64,000 nt of DNA from Octopus sinensis (lineage: Eukaryota): the NCBI RefSeq assembly GCF_006345805.1, contig NC_043021.1:4960001-5024000 (forward strand), read 5' to 3'. Of the stretch, positions 50,363 to 63,864 are shown one piece after another. A program made the position numbers and the translations under genes. The notes under the pieces were generated by a model. That model made no database searches. It worked only from the letters and a program-made list of their open reading frames with translations, and was not told the DNA's origin. The number at the start of each line of letters is the position of its first letter. Positions within the stretch are counted from its first letter, which is position 1.

Positions 50363-51685
50363 TATAAGTGCAGGTTTGGTGGTACGGTAAGAAGCTGACT
50401 TCCCATATTGTTTTATGAGAATTATTGTTTGGAGACGTATCCCGCTTCCAAGATAGGGGTTTACGTTAAGTGAATATTTTTTTCTCACTTAATTGTGAGA
50501 ATTGTTGCTTGGGGAGGGGGCATATTGTGCCTCCTAAAACTTTGTTCACTTTTTGTGAATTTTAAAAATAATTGTAATTGTGAGAATTGCTGTTTTGGGG
50601 GAAGTGTCTTTGCCTCTCTCAGTTGAAAAGAAAAAAAAGAGGAAGAAAAACGGGACATTGCCGGCAGTCTGTGACATAGTACCGGAATGTCCCAGAACCT
50701 CGTCAGTTGGGGTTGTGCCCTTATGGTGCTTTTTCCACCACCTTTTCTACCTTTCTGCCTCTACAGAAGAAGACCAATAATTCGGCTTCCTCCGGGGGCA
50801 GGATATCCAATTCTACCACTGGTGGCACAGTTCCTGCCAATGGCGTCTCTTCTCCTGCCAATATTCAATAACAAAATGAGGCGCTAAGCCTCTTACCTTT
50901 CTTTCCAAACACGGAACTTTCAATAATGCTGAGGCTTTTCAATCTCTTATCACTATTCCTCCTCAACATCGCTTGTGCCCGCATACTCCGCCATCACCCA
51001 CGCCTCATTCAAGATCAAAGCAAGCGCCATGTTGGCATCACCCGGGTACAAGCGATATTCCTCATTGAGTCCCTTCAGCCTATACATCACGGGCAACATT
51101 ATTACCTCCACAGCTATCTGCGGAGGCCATTCGGGATCCTGTGTGCAGGAGACAAATTTTCTAGTCAGATGCCCTTCCTGTTGCCAACCCTTAGCTTTGT
51201 CTAAGCAAGGTGTTATTTCCCCATGACCAGACATATTAGTGCAGAATACTGGAAATGACTAACATTCATTTACAATAAACATACACGCACTCACGCAACA
51301 TACATACAGATATCCTATGGGCTGCTTTCAGTTTCTGTCTACCAAATCTACTTATAAGGTTTCAGTTGGCCTGGGGCTTTAGTAGAAGACGCTTACCCAA
51401 GGTGCCATGCAATGGGACTGAACTCAGAACTATGTGGTTGAGAAGCAAGCATCTTACCACACAGCCATCCCTACACTTATATATATATATATAATCATCT
51501 GTTGACTTCCACTTTTCCATGCTTGCGTTTGTTGATGTAGATTTTCTATGATGTGATATTTTTTCTCCGCTGCTAACCCCCCCCCCCCACCTATTTCCAA
51601 GTCAAATGATATTTCCCCATGGCCAGACATGTTTTTCGTGGAAGTCTGGACACAAACAACATTGCTTGTATGATGGTGTTGCTTA

Positions 51686-52448
51686 TGGCAGAAACGTTAG
51701 CACGCCGGGCGAAATGCTTAGCGGTATTTCGTCTGCCGCTACATTCTGAGTTCAAATTCCGCCGAGGTTGACTTTGCCTTTCATCCTTTCAGGGTCGATT
51801 AAATAAGTACCAGTTACGCACTGGGGTCGATATAATCGACTTAATCCGTTTGTCTGTCCTTGTTTGTCCCCTCTGTGTTTAGCCCCTTGTGGGTAGTAAA
51901 GAAATAGGTATTTCGTCTGCCGTCACGTTCTGAGTTCAAATTCTGCCGAGGTCGACTTTGCCTTTCATCCTTTCGAGGTCGATTAAATAAGCAATGGGGT
52001 CGATATAATTGACTTAATCGGTTTGTCTGTCCTTGTTTGTCCTCTCTGTGTTTAGTCCCTTGTGGGTAGTAAAGAAATAGGTATTTCGTCTGTCGTTACG
52101 TTCTGAGTTCAAATTCCACTGAGGTCGACTTTGCCTTTCATCCTTTCAGGGTCGATTAAATAAGTACCAGTTACGCACTGGGGTCGATATAATCGATTTA
52201 ATCCGTTTGTCTGTCATTGTTTGTCCTCTCTGTGTTTAGTCCCTTGTGGGTAATAAAGAAATAGGTATTTCGTCTGCCGCTACGTTCTGAGTTCAAATTC
52301 CGCCGAGGTTGACTTTGCCTTTCATCCTTTCGGGGTCGATTAAAATAAGTACCAGTTACGCACTGGGGTCGATATAATTGACTTAATCCGTTTGTCTGTC
52401 CTTGTTTGTCCCCTCTGTGTTTAGCCCCTTGTGGGTAGTAAAGAAATA
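51686..52448 (+). mobile_element. SINE family B tetramer
   Basis: Junctions GAAATA|GGTATTTCGTC at 51907, 52080 and 52264. Confidence 0.92.
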
Positions 52449-53548
52449 GTTGTTGCTTATTTACAATTATCACTTTGATGTCAAGACATGATCACGCACT
52501 CACACATTCCAGTTTCCATATATATGTATGTGTGTCAGTGTGTGTTTATATATGTATATATTCTCTCACACACAGACCACACTATTTCCCTTTATAAAAA
52601 ATGATTGGATTTGATTGAAAGGTGATTTAGCTTTGTTACTGTGTCTTTTTTATTTTATTTTATTTTATTTTAATTACTTTTTTTTTGCTGGTGTATTTAT
52701 TGTTACATAGCCTAAAGCTTGCCAGAGGACATCATGCGACTGTTGAATCAATAAATGAATGACATCAGAGCAAAATAGTGGCAACCGGAAGATTGTAGAC
52801 AATTAGAATAATTTGGGGGATTTTGTCTTTTATTTGATCCTGTGTTGTGTGAGTCATTGTTCTAATCAACTTCATCTCAACCCACCCACCCCTCCTCTCT
52901 CTCTCTTCCTGTGTGTGTATTCTTGTTTGATACATAGGACTGTGGCTATGCTGGACAACTCCTTTAAAAGGTTTAGTCAATCAAATTGACCTTAGTATTT
53001 TTAGATTTTTCAAGTCTTGTCCTTTAAGTCTAGACTGATAAGTTACGGAGAATGTAATCAAATATAAAGATATTTACACACGCACATATATGCATGCATG
53101 TATATGCTTTCCACTCAGGTTTCTGTCTGCCAAATTCCTTCTCGAGGAATTGCTCAGCCTGACACTTTAGTAGAAGATACTTGCCCAAGGTGCCACATAG
53201 TGCAATTGAACCTGAAACCAATTGGTTGTGAAGCAAATTTTTTAGCCATACAGCCATGCCTACACCTATGTATGTATGTATGTCTCTTTCTCTCTCTCTC
53301 TCTCTCTCACCCTATATATATATATAATATATACTCTTTTATTCTTTTCAGTCATTTGACTGTGGCCATGCTGGAGCACCGCCTTTTGTCGATCAAATCG
53401 ACCCCAGGACTTATTCTTTGTAAGCCTAGTACTTATTTTATCGGTCTCTTTTTTGCCGAACCACTAGGTTATGGGGACATAAACACACCAGCATCAGTTG
53501 TCAAGCGATGTTGGGGGGACAAACACTGACACACAAACATGCACATAC

Positions 53549-53587
<39 letters not shown>

Positions 53588-53943
53588 CTACGATGGGCTT
53601 CTTTCAGTTTCTGTCTACCAAATCCACTCGCAAGGCTTTGGTCGGCCTGAGGCTATAGTAGAAGACACTTACCCAAGGTGCCACAGAGTGGGACTGAACT
53701 CGAAACCATGTGGTTCGTAGGCAAGCTACTTACCACACAGCCATTCCTACGCCTATATATATATGTACACAAACACATGCACAGGTATGAAGAGATAAGA
53801 AGTCTGCTTCTCATAGTGGCACCTTGGGCTGACCAAAGTCTTGTGAGTGAATTTCATAGATGGAAACTGAAAGAAGCCCATTGTGTGTGTGTATACGCAC
53901 GTTAGAGCTTGCATATCTTTTTTGGGATGTATAAACTCTTGAT

Positions 53944-54003
<60 letters not shown>

Positions 54004-54980
54004 TCAGCAAAAGAGACGAATAGAATAAATACCAGGCTTAAAAAAGCAGTACTAAAGTTCTTCAGGGCAGTGCCCCAGCATGGCTGCATCCTAATAAATG
54101 GAACAAACAAATAAAAGAATATATATATGTGTGTACATATTTGCATTCACATTATATATAAATGTGTATGTGTATATATATATATGTGATATGATATGCA
54201 GATTACTGTCATAGTATACAATGCTTAACATGGTTTGTATGTGGGACAAACTGTGCAGTTTTTCATTCTTCGGATGGGTTTCATAGGAATTAGGCTAGTA
54301 GGCACTTTTCTTCTTTTGTGGCCTTGCCTTACTTACATCATTTCTAACATCTTCCACTGGCAATAAAGCCCATATGTGGTATTTAGGAAGATTTTCATAC
54401 TATTTCATATATATATATATATATAATATATATATATACACTCTTTTACTCTTTTACTTGGTTCAGTCATTTGACTGCGGCCATGCTGAAGCACTGCCTT
54501 TAATCAAGCAACTCGACCCCCGGGACTTATTCTTTTGTTATCAAGGACATCATCATTCAATGCAACCTTCTAGTTTCATTAGCTCTCTCTTTTTTTTATT
54601 CTTTACTTTTGGGTTTTTTTTTTTTTTTGGCAGTGGGGTGCATTAACCCTTTGGCATTCATATTAGTCAAATGTGATACCTATTTATTCACATTGTTTTG
54701 AATTAATCATGTGTTGTCTTGTAGCTTTGAGATTTCAATGTTGTGATTGTTTATGCATAGAATGACATTGTTGGGTAGGTATGAGAGGCCAGATCTGGCT
54801 CATTTGAATATAATGCAGGTAGAATATTTGCACCTGATATGGCCAGCCGTCTTTCGATATGGAGTGATTTTGAAGAAGCCTTGATTGCTGTATCCCACAG
54901 ACACTAGAGCAAGCTAAAAAAGGAGTTTCTCACTTGAATAATTTCATAAATTTGTATACAGGTGTTTATTGTTGCAGCCT

Positions 54981-55388
54981 ATTTCTTTATTACCCACAAA
55001 GGGCTAAACACAGAGGGGACAAACAAGGACAGACAAAGGGATTAAGTCGATTAGTTAGTTAGTTAATTTTTGGCTCAAAAAGCAAAAAGCAAGGCCATGC
55101 AGGGGGACATGGAGTTATGTACAGGGTGGTGTTCATGTAAAAAGTTCAGGCCACTTGAGGTCAAGGGAGACTTTGAACAAAGCGGTCGTCGGCATCTTCA
55201 TCTCGTCTGGCAGCTTGTTCCACGGATCCGCAACTGACCCCAATGTGTAACTGGTACTTAATTTATCAACCCCGAAAGGATGAAAGGCAAAGTCGACCTC
55301 GGCGGAATTTGAACTCAGAACGTAGCAGCAGACGAAATACCGCTAAGCATTTCGCCCGGCGTGCTAACGTTTCTGCCAGCTCGGCGCC
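54981..55388 (-). mobile_element. SINE family B split by a CR1 3' fragment (about 55053-55235)
   Basis: The SINE breaks at GTCGATTA and resumes at GACCCC. The insert carries (TTAG)n and the same CR1 3' sequence as 20955-21150. Confidence 0.85.
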
Positions 55389-58203
55389 TTCCTTGTTTGC
55401 AGCCTGTTTTACATTTTTTTTTTTTTTTTTAGTACTGGGCTCAGCCTTATTTGATTGAGACAAATAAACGGCCAATTTGTAAATGAGGGTTAAACTGAAA
55501 AGCTTAATAATTAATTAATCAGTGATTAAGGCCATTCATCTATGATTTATTATATGATTGTGAAAAGATTTCACGTGATTTAGACTTTGTTTGGTTTTGT
55601 GAACAATGGATACCCAGCCTCCAGAGACAGCAACAATTCGTCTCCTCACCGGCAACGTATAGATTGATGGTGTTGGTGTTGCTATTGCCTGCTCACTTGT
55701 TAAAAATATACGTAAGTGACAGAGGCAGTATTAATACCGAGAGATAATATTTATTCCCACTTAAACATGGATGTTCTATTATTCTCTTTTACTCTCTCTC
55801 TCTCTCATTTTACTCTTTTACTTGTTTCAGTCATTTGACTGCGGCCATGCTGGAGCACCCGCCTTTAGTCGAGCAAATCGACCCCGGGGTTTATTCTTTT
55901 TGTAAGCCCAGTACTTATCCTATCGGTCTCTTTTGCTGAACCGCTAAGTAACGGGGACGTAAACACACCAGCATCGGTTGTCAAGCAATGCTAGGGGGAC
56001 AAACACAGACACACACACACAAACACATACATATACATATATATGACAGGATTCTTTCAGATTCTGTCTACCAAATCTACTCACAAGGCATTGGTCGGCC
56101 CGGGGCTATAGCAGAAGACATTTGCCCAAGGTGCCATGCAGTGGGACTGAACCCGGAACCATGTGGTTGGTTTTCTATCATTTTTTTTTTTTTTTTTTTT
56201 TTGCCAAACCACTAAGTTATAGAAGCATAAACAAGTCAGTACCAGCTACTATGTAGTGGTTGGAGACAAGCACCAAGATCTCGCACACACACACACAGAC
56301 ACTCATGTGCCATGGGATTCTTTCAGTTTCTGTCTATCATATTCACATTCACTCACAAGGCTTTGCTCAGCCTGGGGTTACAGGAGAAGATACCCAGGAT
56401 GCCGCACAATGGGACTGAACCCAAGACCACATAGGATTGAACCCAAACTTCTCAACCACAGAGACCTTTGAATTTTTAAAATGACAAAAATTTGCATATT
56501 TTTGGGCCCGTAAAAGGCACCATCCGATCGTGGTCGTTTGCCAGCCCCGTCTGGCACCTGTGCCTGTGGCACATAAAAAGCACACACTACACTCACGGAA
56601 TGGTTGGCGTTAGGAAGGGCATCCAGCCGTAGAAACATTGCCAGATCAGACTGGGCCTGGTGCAGCCTTCTGGCTTCCCAGACCCCAGTTGAACCATCCA
56701 ACCCATGCTAGCATGGAAAGCGGATGCTAAACGATGACGATGATGATGATAGATCATTCTGTTTCTTGCATTACATATATCGAGCTCTGGCAGACAGAAA
56801 TATCTAAAGCCAGATATAAAGCAGATGGTAACTGGTCTAGAGATTTTCTATAATATCAATCAATAGCCGCAACTGCTCTGAAACAGATGCAAATAGATCA
56901 AGAACAACAACAATATCCTGCAAGACTTCAACATGGACATTCATGGTGTTGTATGAAAGTTCAGGGTTGGCCATTAATATCTGCATATTTGATTTATTGG
57001 TGTTGAATTAAAGCTGATCTTTGTAAGAAAGAGTAGTCACTAGATATGGTTAGAATGTTCTTCCATCAGCAGTCAAATTCACTGTTGCTTAGTTTATTGG
57101 GTTCCTTCATTAAAAGAAAGCCAGGCTGGAACCTACTCTGATTTTTAAATGTAGTGGTATTAGTTTGTGTGTGTATTAGTGCTTGAGTGTATATATATAT
57201 ATATAGGCGCAGGAGTGGCTGTGTGGTAAGTAGCTTGCTAACCAACCACATGGTTCCGGGTTCAGTCCCACTGCGTGGCATCTTGGGCAACTGTCTTCTG
57301 CTATAGCCTCGGGCCGACCAAAGCCTTGTGAGTGGATTTGGTAGACAGAAACTGAAAGAAGCCTGTCGTATATATGTTCATATATATATATGTATGTGTG
57401 TGTTTATGTTTGTGTGTCTGTGTTTGTCCCTCTAGCATTGCTTGACAACCGATGCTGGTGTGTTTTACGTCCCCCGGAAACTTAGTGGTTCGGCAAAAAA
57501 GAGACCGATAGAATAAGTACTGGGCTTACAAAGAATAAGTCCCGGGGGGTCGATTTGCTCGACTTAAAGGCGGTGCTCCAGCATGGCCGCAGTCAAAATG
57601 ACTGAAACAAGTAAAAGAGAGAGTGATGGATTCAGGTGCAGTTCCTGTCAACCTGTCCGACCCATGCCAGTAATGGAAAACAGACGTTAAAGGATGATGA
57701 TGATGATGTAGAGTAAAAGTGCTTGACAGGGAAAGTGTGTTTGTGTGTGTTGGTATGTATTACTTAATATCTACCTTGGCGGCGCAAGGGTCACTGAAGG
57801 AGTGGGTGCTGGCATCAGATTGCACGTCTCCCCATTACATTAATGACTGTTCCACTATCTGAAATATTACTAATTGTTAATGACACTACTTAGGGTTGTT
57901 CAACTTTGCTATTGTTGGCTGTCTCCTCCTCCTCATCCTCATCCTCCTCACCACCACCACAAACTATTATAGTGTTTCAGGTTATTGCTGCCAATGGGGG
58001 GACGACGACGGTGGGGGGTAGCAGAACTAAAACTGATAATATCTTTTTTTTTTTCATATTTGTTGTTTCATTCCAACCTACATTTTCTTAATTTCTGTCT
58101 GGCATTTTTTTTTTATTTTTTATTTTCATCTTTCACTTATTTGTTTTAGTCATTTTTGACTGTGGCCATGCTGGAGCACTGAATTGAAGAGTTTTTTCTT
58201 TTC

Positions 58204-58237
<34 letters not shown>

Positions 58238-58469
58238 TTGACCAGATCAACTCCAGTACTTACTTCTTTCAGTCATTGAATTGAATTGCAGCCCTTCTGG
58301 GGTACAGCCCCTTGAAGGGTTTTTACTCTTTTGCTGAATTGCTAAGTTACGGGGGGGGGGGGACAACACTTGGTTGTCATGCAGTGGTGGAGAACAAACA
58401 CATTAATGAAGGGACACACATACACATGGGTACACACAGTACACTGTGGGCTTCTTTCAGTTTTTTATT

Positions 58470-58690
58470 TCTTTATTGCCCACAAGGGGCTAAACACAGA
58501 GGGGACAAACAAGGACAGACAAAGGGATGAAGTCGATTACATCGACCCCAGTGCGTAACTGGTACTTAATTTATCAACCCCGAAAGGATGAAAGGCAAAG
58601 TCGACCTCGGCGGAATTTGAACTCAGAACATAACGGCAGACGAAATACAGCTACGCATTTCGTCCGGCGTGCTAACGTTTCTGCCAGCTC
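58470..58690 (-). mobile_element. SINE family B
   Basis: Reverse complement of the consensus including the head. Confidence 0.88.
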
Positions 58691-59423
58691 ACTGCCCTTT
58701 CAGTTTCTGTCTATCAGATCCACTCATAAGGCTTTGTTTGGCCTATAGTAGAAGACACTTGCCCAAAATGCCATGCGAAGTAAAGTTCTTGCCACTCAGC
58801 TATGTTTACACTATTTCTTTCTTTTATGCTTTTACTTCTTTCAGCCATCTGACTGTGGCCATGTTAGAGCACTGCCTCAAAGGGTTTTTGGGTCCAACCC
58901 ATGCTAGCATGGAAAACGGACGCTAAACGATGATGATGATGAATCAACTCCAGTACTTATTTCTTTTTAAAGCCTAATACTTATTCTATCAACAAGATTA
59001 AGGGGTATTTGAAGGATTAATCTATCGTTACCCTAGCTTCTAATGGGAAAATGTCAGTTCATCAGTTTTCTAAGTGAGAAGGGAGGAGAAAAATACTTTC
59101 ATGAAAGTTATTTCCCTCTGATTCTATCATCTTGCTCCCCTTTTTGCATACTGTGTGTATGTGTGTGTGTGTGTGTGTGTACACTTACCAGCAACTGTTC
59201 ATACATAGAAGCAGTGTATTGTATTATATGCTTAACGAGCTGGCAGAATCGTTAGCACACCAGGCGAAATGCGTAGCCATATTTCGTCTGCCGTTACGTT
59301 CTGAGTTCAAATTCCGCCGAGGTCGACTTTGCCTTTCATCCTTTCGGAGTTGATAAGATAAATACCAATTGAGCACTGGAGTCGATGTCATCGACGTATC
59401 CCCTCCGCCGAAATTGCAAGCCC

Positions 59424-60944
59424 CGGCGAGCTGGCAGAATCGTTAGCACGCCGGGGAGAAATGCGTAGCCGTATTTCGTCTTGCGTTACGTTCTGAGTTC
59501 AAATTCCGCCGAGGTCGACTTTACCTTTCATCCTTTCGGGGGTCGATAAATTAAGTACCAGCTACGCACTGGGATCGATGTAATCGACTTAATCCCTTTG
59601 TCTGTTCTTGTTTGTTCTCTCTGTGTTTAGCCCCTTGTGTATAGTAAAAAAAAATAGGTATTTCATCTGCCGTTACTTTGTGAGTTCAAATTCCGCCGAG
59701 GTCGACTTTACCTTTCATCCTTTCAGGGTCGATAAATTAAGTACCAGTTACGCACTGGGGTCGATGTAATCGACTTTATCCCTTTGTCTGTCCTTGTTTG
59801 TTCTCTCTGTGTTTAGCCCCTTGTGTATAGTAAAAAAAAATAGGTATTTCATCTGCCGTTACGTTGTGAGTTCAAATTCCGCCGAGGTCGACTTTACCTT
59901 TCATCCTTTCGGGGTTGATAAATTAAGTACCAGCTACGCACTGGGATCGATGTAATCGACTTAATCCCTTTGTCTGTTCTTGTTTGTTCTCTCTGTGTTT
60001 AGCCCCTTGTGTATAGTAAAAAAAAATAGGTATTTCATCTGCCGTTACTTTGTGAGTTCAAATTCCGCCGAGGTCGACTTTACCTTTCATCCTTTCAGGG
60101 TCGATAAATTAAGTACCAGTTACGCACTGGGGTCGATGTAATCGACTTTATCCCTTTGTCTGTCCTTGTTTGTTCTCTCTGTGTTTAGCCCCTTGTGGGT
60201 AGTTAAAAAAATAGGTATTTCGTCTGCCGTTACGTTGTGTATTCAAATTCCGCCGAAGTCGACTTTACGTTTCATCCTTTCGGGGTCGATAAATTAAGTA
60301 CCAGTTATGCACTGGGGTCAATGTAATTGACTTTATCCCTTTGTCTGTCCTTGTTTGTTCTCTCTGTGTTTAGCCCCATGTGTATAGTAAAAAAAAAAAG
60401 GTATTTCGTCTGCCGTTACGTTGTGAGTTCAAATTCCGCCGAGGTCGACTTTACCCTTCATCCTTTTGGGGTCAAGTACCAGCTATGCACTGGGGTCGAT
60501 GTAATCGACTTTATCCCTTTGTCTGTCCTTGTTTGTTCTCTCTGTGTTTAGCCCCTTGTGTGTAGTAAAAAAAATAGGTATTTCGTCTGCCGTTACGTTC
60601 TGAGTTCAAATTCCGCCGAGGTCGACTTGACCTTTCATCCTTTCGGGGTCGATAAATTAAGTACCAGTTACGCACTGGGGTTGATGTAATCGACATAATC
60701 CCTTTGTCTGTCCTTGTTTGTTCTCTCTGTGTTTAGTTCCTTGTGTATAGTAAAAAAAATAGGTATTTCGTCTGCCGTTATGTTGTGAGTTCAAATTCCG
60801 CTGAGGTCGACTTTACCTTTCATCCTTTCGGGGTCGATAAATTAAGTACCAGTTACGCACTGGGGTCGATGTAATCGACTTAATCCTTTGTCTGTCCTTG
60901 TTTGTTCTCTCTATGTTTATCCCCTTGTGGGCAATAAAGAAATA
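59424..60944 (+). mobile_element. SINE family B octamer (about 185-bp period)
   Basis: One head, then junctions AAATA|GGTATTTC at 59657, 59843, 60029, 60214, 60400 (A-run variant), 60577 and 60762. Confidence 0.95.
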
Positions 60945-61444
60945 TATATGCTTAAGTTATTGTGGTTAGCCATTTTCATTGAAGCATTACATTTTAGTGT
61001 TTTCATCCTCAGTTGGAATTATTTTAACCCTTTAGTATTTAAACCGGCCATATCCGGCCAAAATAGTTAATCTGTTTTATGTTCAAACTGACCAGATCCA
61101 GGCCCTCACACCTACCCTACAATGTTATTCTACATTAAGTAATTACACCATCAGGATGTTGAGGATATGAGATAATGCATGATTAATCCAAATCAATGGG
61201 AATCAATAAGCATTACTCTTTACTCTTTACTCTTTACTCTTTACTCTTTTACTTGTTTCAGTCATTTGACTGTGGCCATGCTGGAGCACCGCCTTTAGTC
61301 GAGCAAATCGACCCCGGGACTTATTCTTTGTAAGCCCAGTTCTTATTCTATCGGTCTCTTTTGCCGAACCGCTATGTGACGGGGACGTAAACACACCAGC
61401 ATCGGTTGTTAAGCAATGCTAGGGGGACAAACACAGACACACAA

Positions 61445-61475
<31 letters not shown>

Positions 61476-62633
61476 ACGACAGGCTTCTTTCAGTTTCCGT
61501 CTACCAAATCCACTCACAAGGCTTTGGTCGGCCCGGGGCTATAGTAGAAGACACTTGCCCAAGATGCCACACAGTGGGACTGAACCCGGAACCATGTGGT
61601 TGGTTAGCAAGCTACTTACCACACAGCCACTCCTTCGTCTGTTTGATTGAATTATTTGAACCCTAAAGGGTTAAAATTAAGTTAGAATGAGAGGAAAACT
61701 CAATTGTTTTGACTGAATGCTTTGTTCGTGCTTTTGTTATTCACTCAACTGTGAAGTAAAAACTAAGTGCATCTAAGGATGGGCATTTCCATATGTACTT
61801 TTGTGCAGGCCTTCTTGGAGTGGGGAGTTGAATGATAATCAGCTTGAACATCCTGTGGGCTCCCAATTGTCAGCTATAAAACTGGGAGCAGAAATGGAAT
61901 GCCAAGAGTGGCAGGGTGGGGGGCAGGAGATCAACAAGGAGAGTTTTTAGTGCAGGATCTAAGAAATGGGATACAGTAAGGGCTGATGAGGAGGTGCGGA
62001 TGTCTGTTGGACTTGTGTCGAAGGGGATATGCCCATAGATAATTTAGGGGTTAGTGATGATTATTGCTGCATATGAGCCCAGAGAGAAATAAAAGCAAGC
62101 ACAATGGTTGACCCTACAGTTATGAGGTGGGTAGACAAGAGAAGGAATGTTTTTACTAATCAGTAGAATGTGTATCTTTTATTTGTTTCACTCATTTGAC
62201 TACGGCCATGCTGGGGCACTGCCTTGAAGGGTTTAGTCAAACAAATCACCCCCCCCCCCACAGGATTTATTTCTTTAAGTCTAGTACTTCTTTTATTGAC
62301 CTCTTTTGCCGAACTACTAAGTTGTAGAGACATAAACACACCAGCACCGGTTGTCCAGCAATGGTGGGGGATAAACACAGACACACACACACATAGATAT
62401 ATACATATGTGTGTGTGTGTGTGTATGATGGGCTTCTTTCAGTTTCCGTTTACCAGATCCACTCACAAGGCTTTGGGACTGAACCCAGAATGATGTGATT
62501 GGAAAACAAGCTTCTTACTATAAAGTATAATTAATATGTGAGTGTGTGTGTCTGTGTGCATATGCATGTTACTTTATATTGTGTGTATGTTGTAAATGAA
62601 TGTCATTAATTTCCAGTATTCTGCAAAAATATG

Positions 62634-63044
62634 GGATCTTTTCGGTTTGAACAGCAATTTTTTTCTGGCGGTGTCATATGAAATTGTCACCCATAATTAT
62701 GACCCTAGAATCGATCTATTGCATTTCAATCTCTTTTAGGGTTAGGGGTGAGGGAAGGGTATCTTTTTTTCTTCACAAATGTAAATAAACCCAATCTGTT
62801 TCTTAAACGAGGGGCATATTCATACGGCACAGAATGCTTTTTAACTCAATAGACGTCAGTGATTTGTTGAAATTGCAGAAATTGAAGGAAAAAAACAACA
62901 AATATCTTACAAACTATAGAATTTTCTCAATAAAGCCAAAAGAAAAAAATGTTTTATAAACACATTCTACCAGTATATGAAGTTTAAAATTTTTTAGTTA
63001 CCTAGAAATTATGTTAAAAACTGCCATTCAAACCGAAAAGATCC
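62634..63044. mobile_element. MITE with GG termini and 8-bp TSD (Merlin-like), second family
   Basis: GGATCTTTTCGGTTTGAA ... TTCAAACCGAAAAGATCC; TSD AAAATATG at 62626-62633 and 63045-63052. Confidence 0.88.
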
Positions 63045-63864
63045 AAAATATGTCTGGCCATGAAGAAATATTACCTTGCTTGGAAACTGGTGAGGGTTGG
63101 TAACAAGATGGGCATCTGACCATAGAAAACCTACCTCAACAAATTCTGTCTGACCCATGCAAGTATGGAAAAGTGGAAGTTAAAACCATAGTGATAATGA
63201 TGATAATAATACTGATGTCCTACAGAATGGAATTTGAACAGTGTATTTATTCTCTGAGCTAGAAACATAGGCATTCTAATAATTAAAGTCCATTATTGGT
63301 TGCTTTATGAAGGAAACTGTTTGGTACATTGGTAATAAAACTATTTGTTTAATGTTAGAAATAGATTGAGTAGTTTGAGTATAAATGCAGGACAAACTAC
63401 CATCAAACTGGTTTAGGAATCATTTTAGAATGAATACTCAAATGGATATATGATCAAGGATGTTCAGGGCGATGAGCGTCCCATGATGAAGGCAGACTGT
63501 GTTAAACAACAAAAACAAACTAACATAAAAACCTCTATGTGGTCGCTTGAGCAGCTAGAAATATCAGCTGAACATCCCTCAAATCGCCCTGCTACCATTT
63601 GAAAGCAGAAAGATAAAATAAAAGGTGCGTTGGGTAGTACAGCAATACATAGATAAGTCTTAAATATAAAATGGGATAACCACCAGCTTGAACACCCTTC
63701 ATCATAAACCTACTTAATTGGCCTGACTCAGTGTTAAACAGGTTGTTTCTGAAGTGATTCCTAAACCCAACTGGCAGGAGTTAGTTCTTCTACATTCACG
63801 CTCAAACTAAACAAGCTATTTTTAACTCTCTTAACTCTTTAGCATTCAGAATCTGCCAAATGCA

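Noticed and set aside
61800-62150. Possible decayed Penelope RT (PTD, HP, IPF..SQF fragments on -); similar hints at 17150-17350 and 44380-44500
   Set aside because: Motifs need multiple frameshifts and are too short to support by eye.
62735-62748. TTAGGG telomeric motif
   Set aside because: Only about two copies, inside a MITE.
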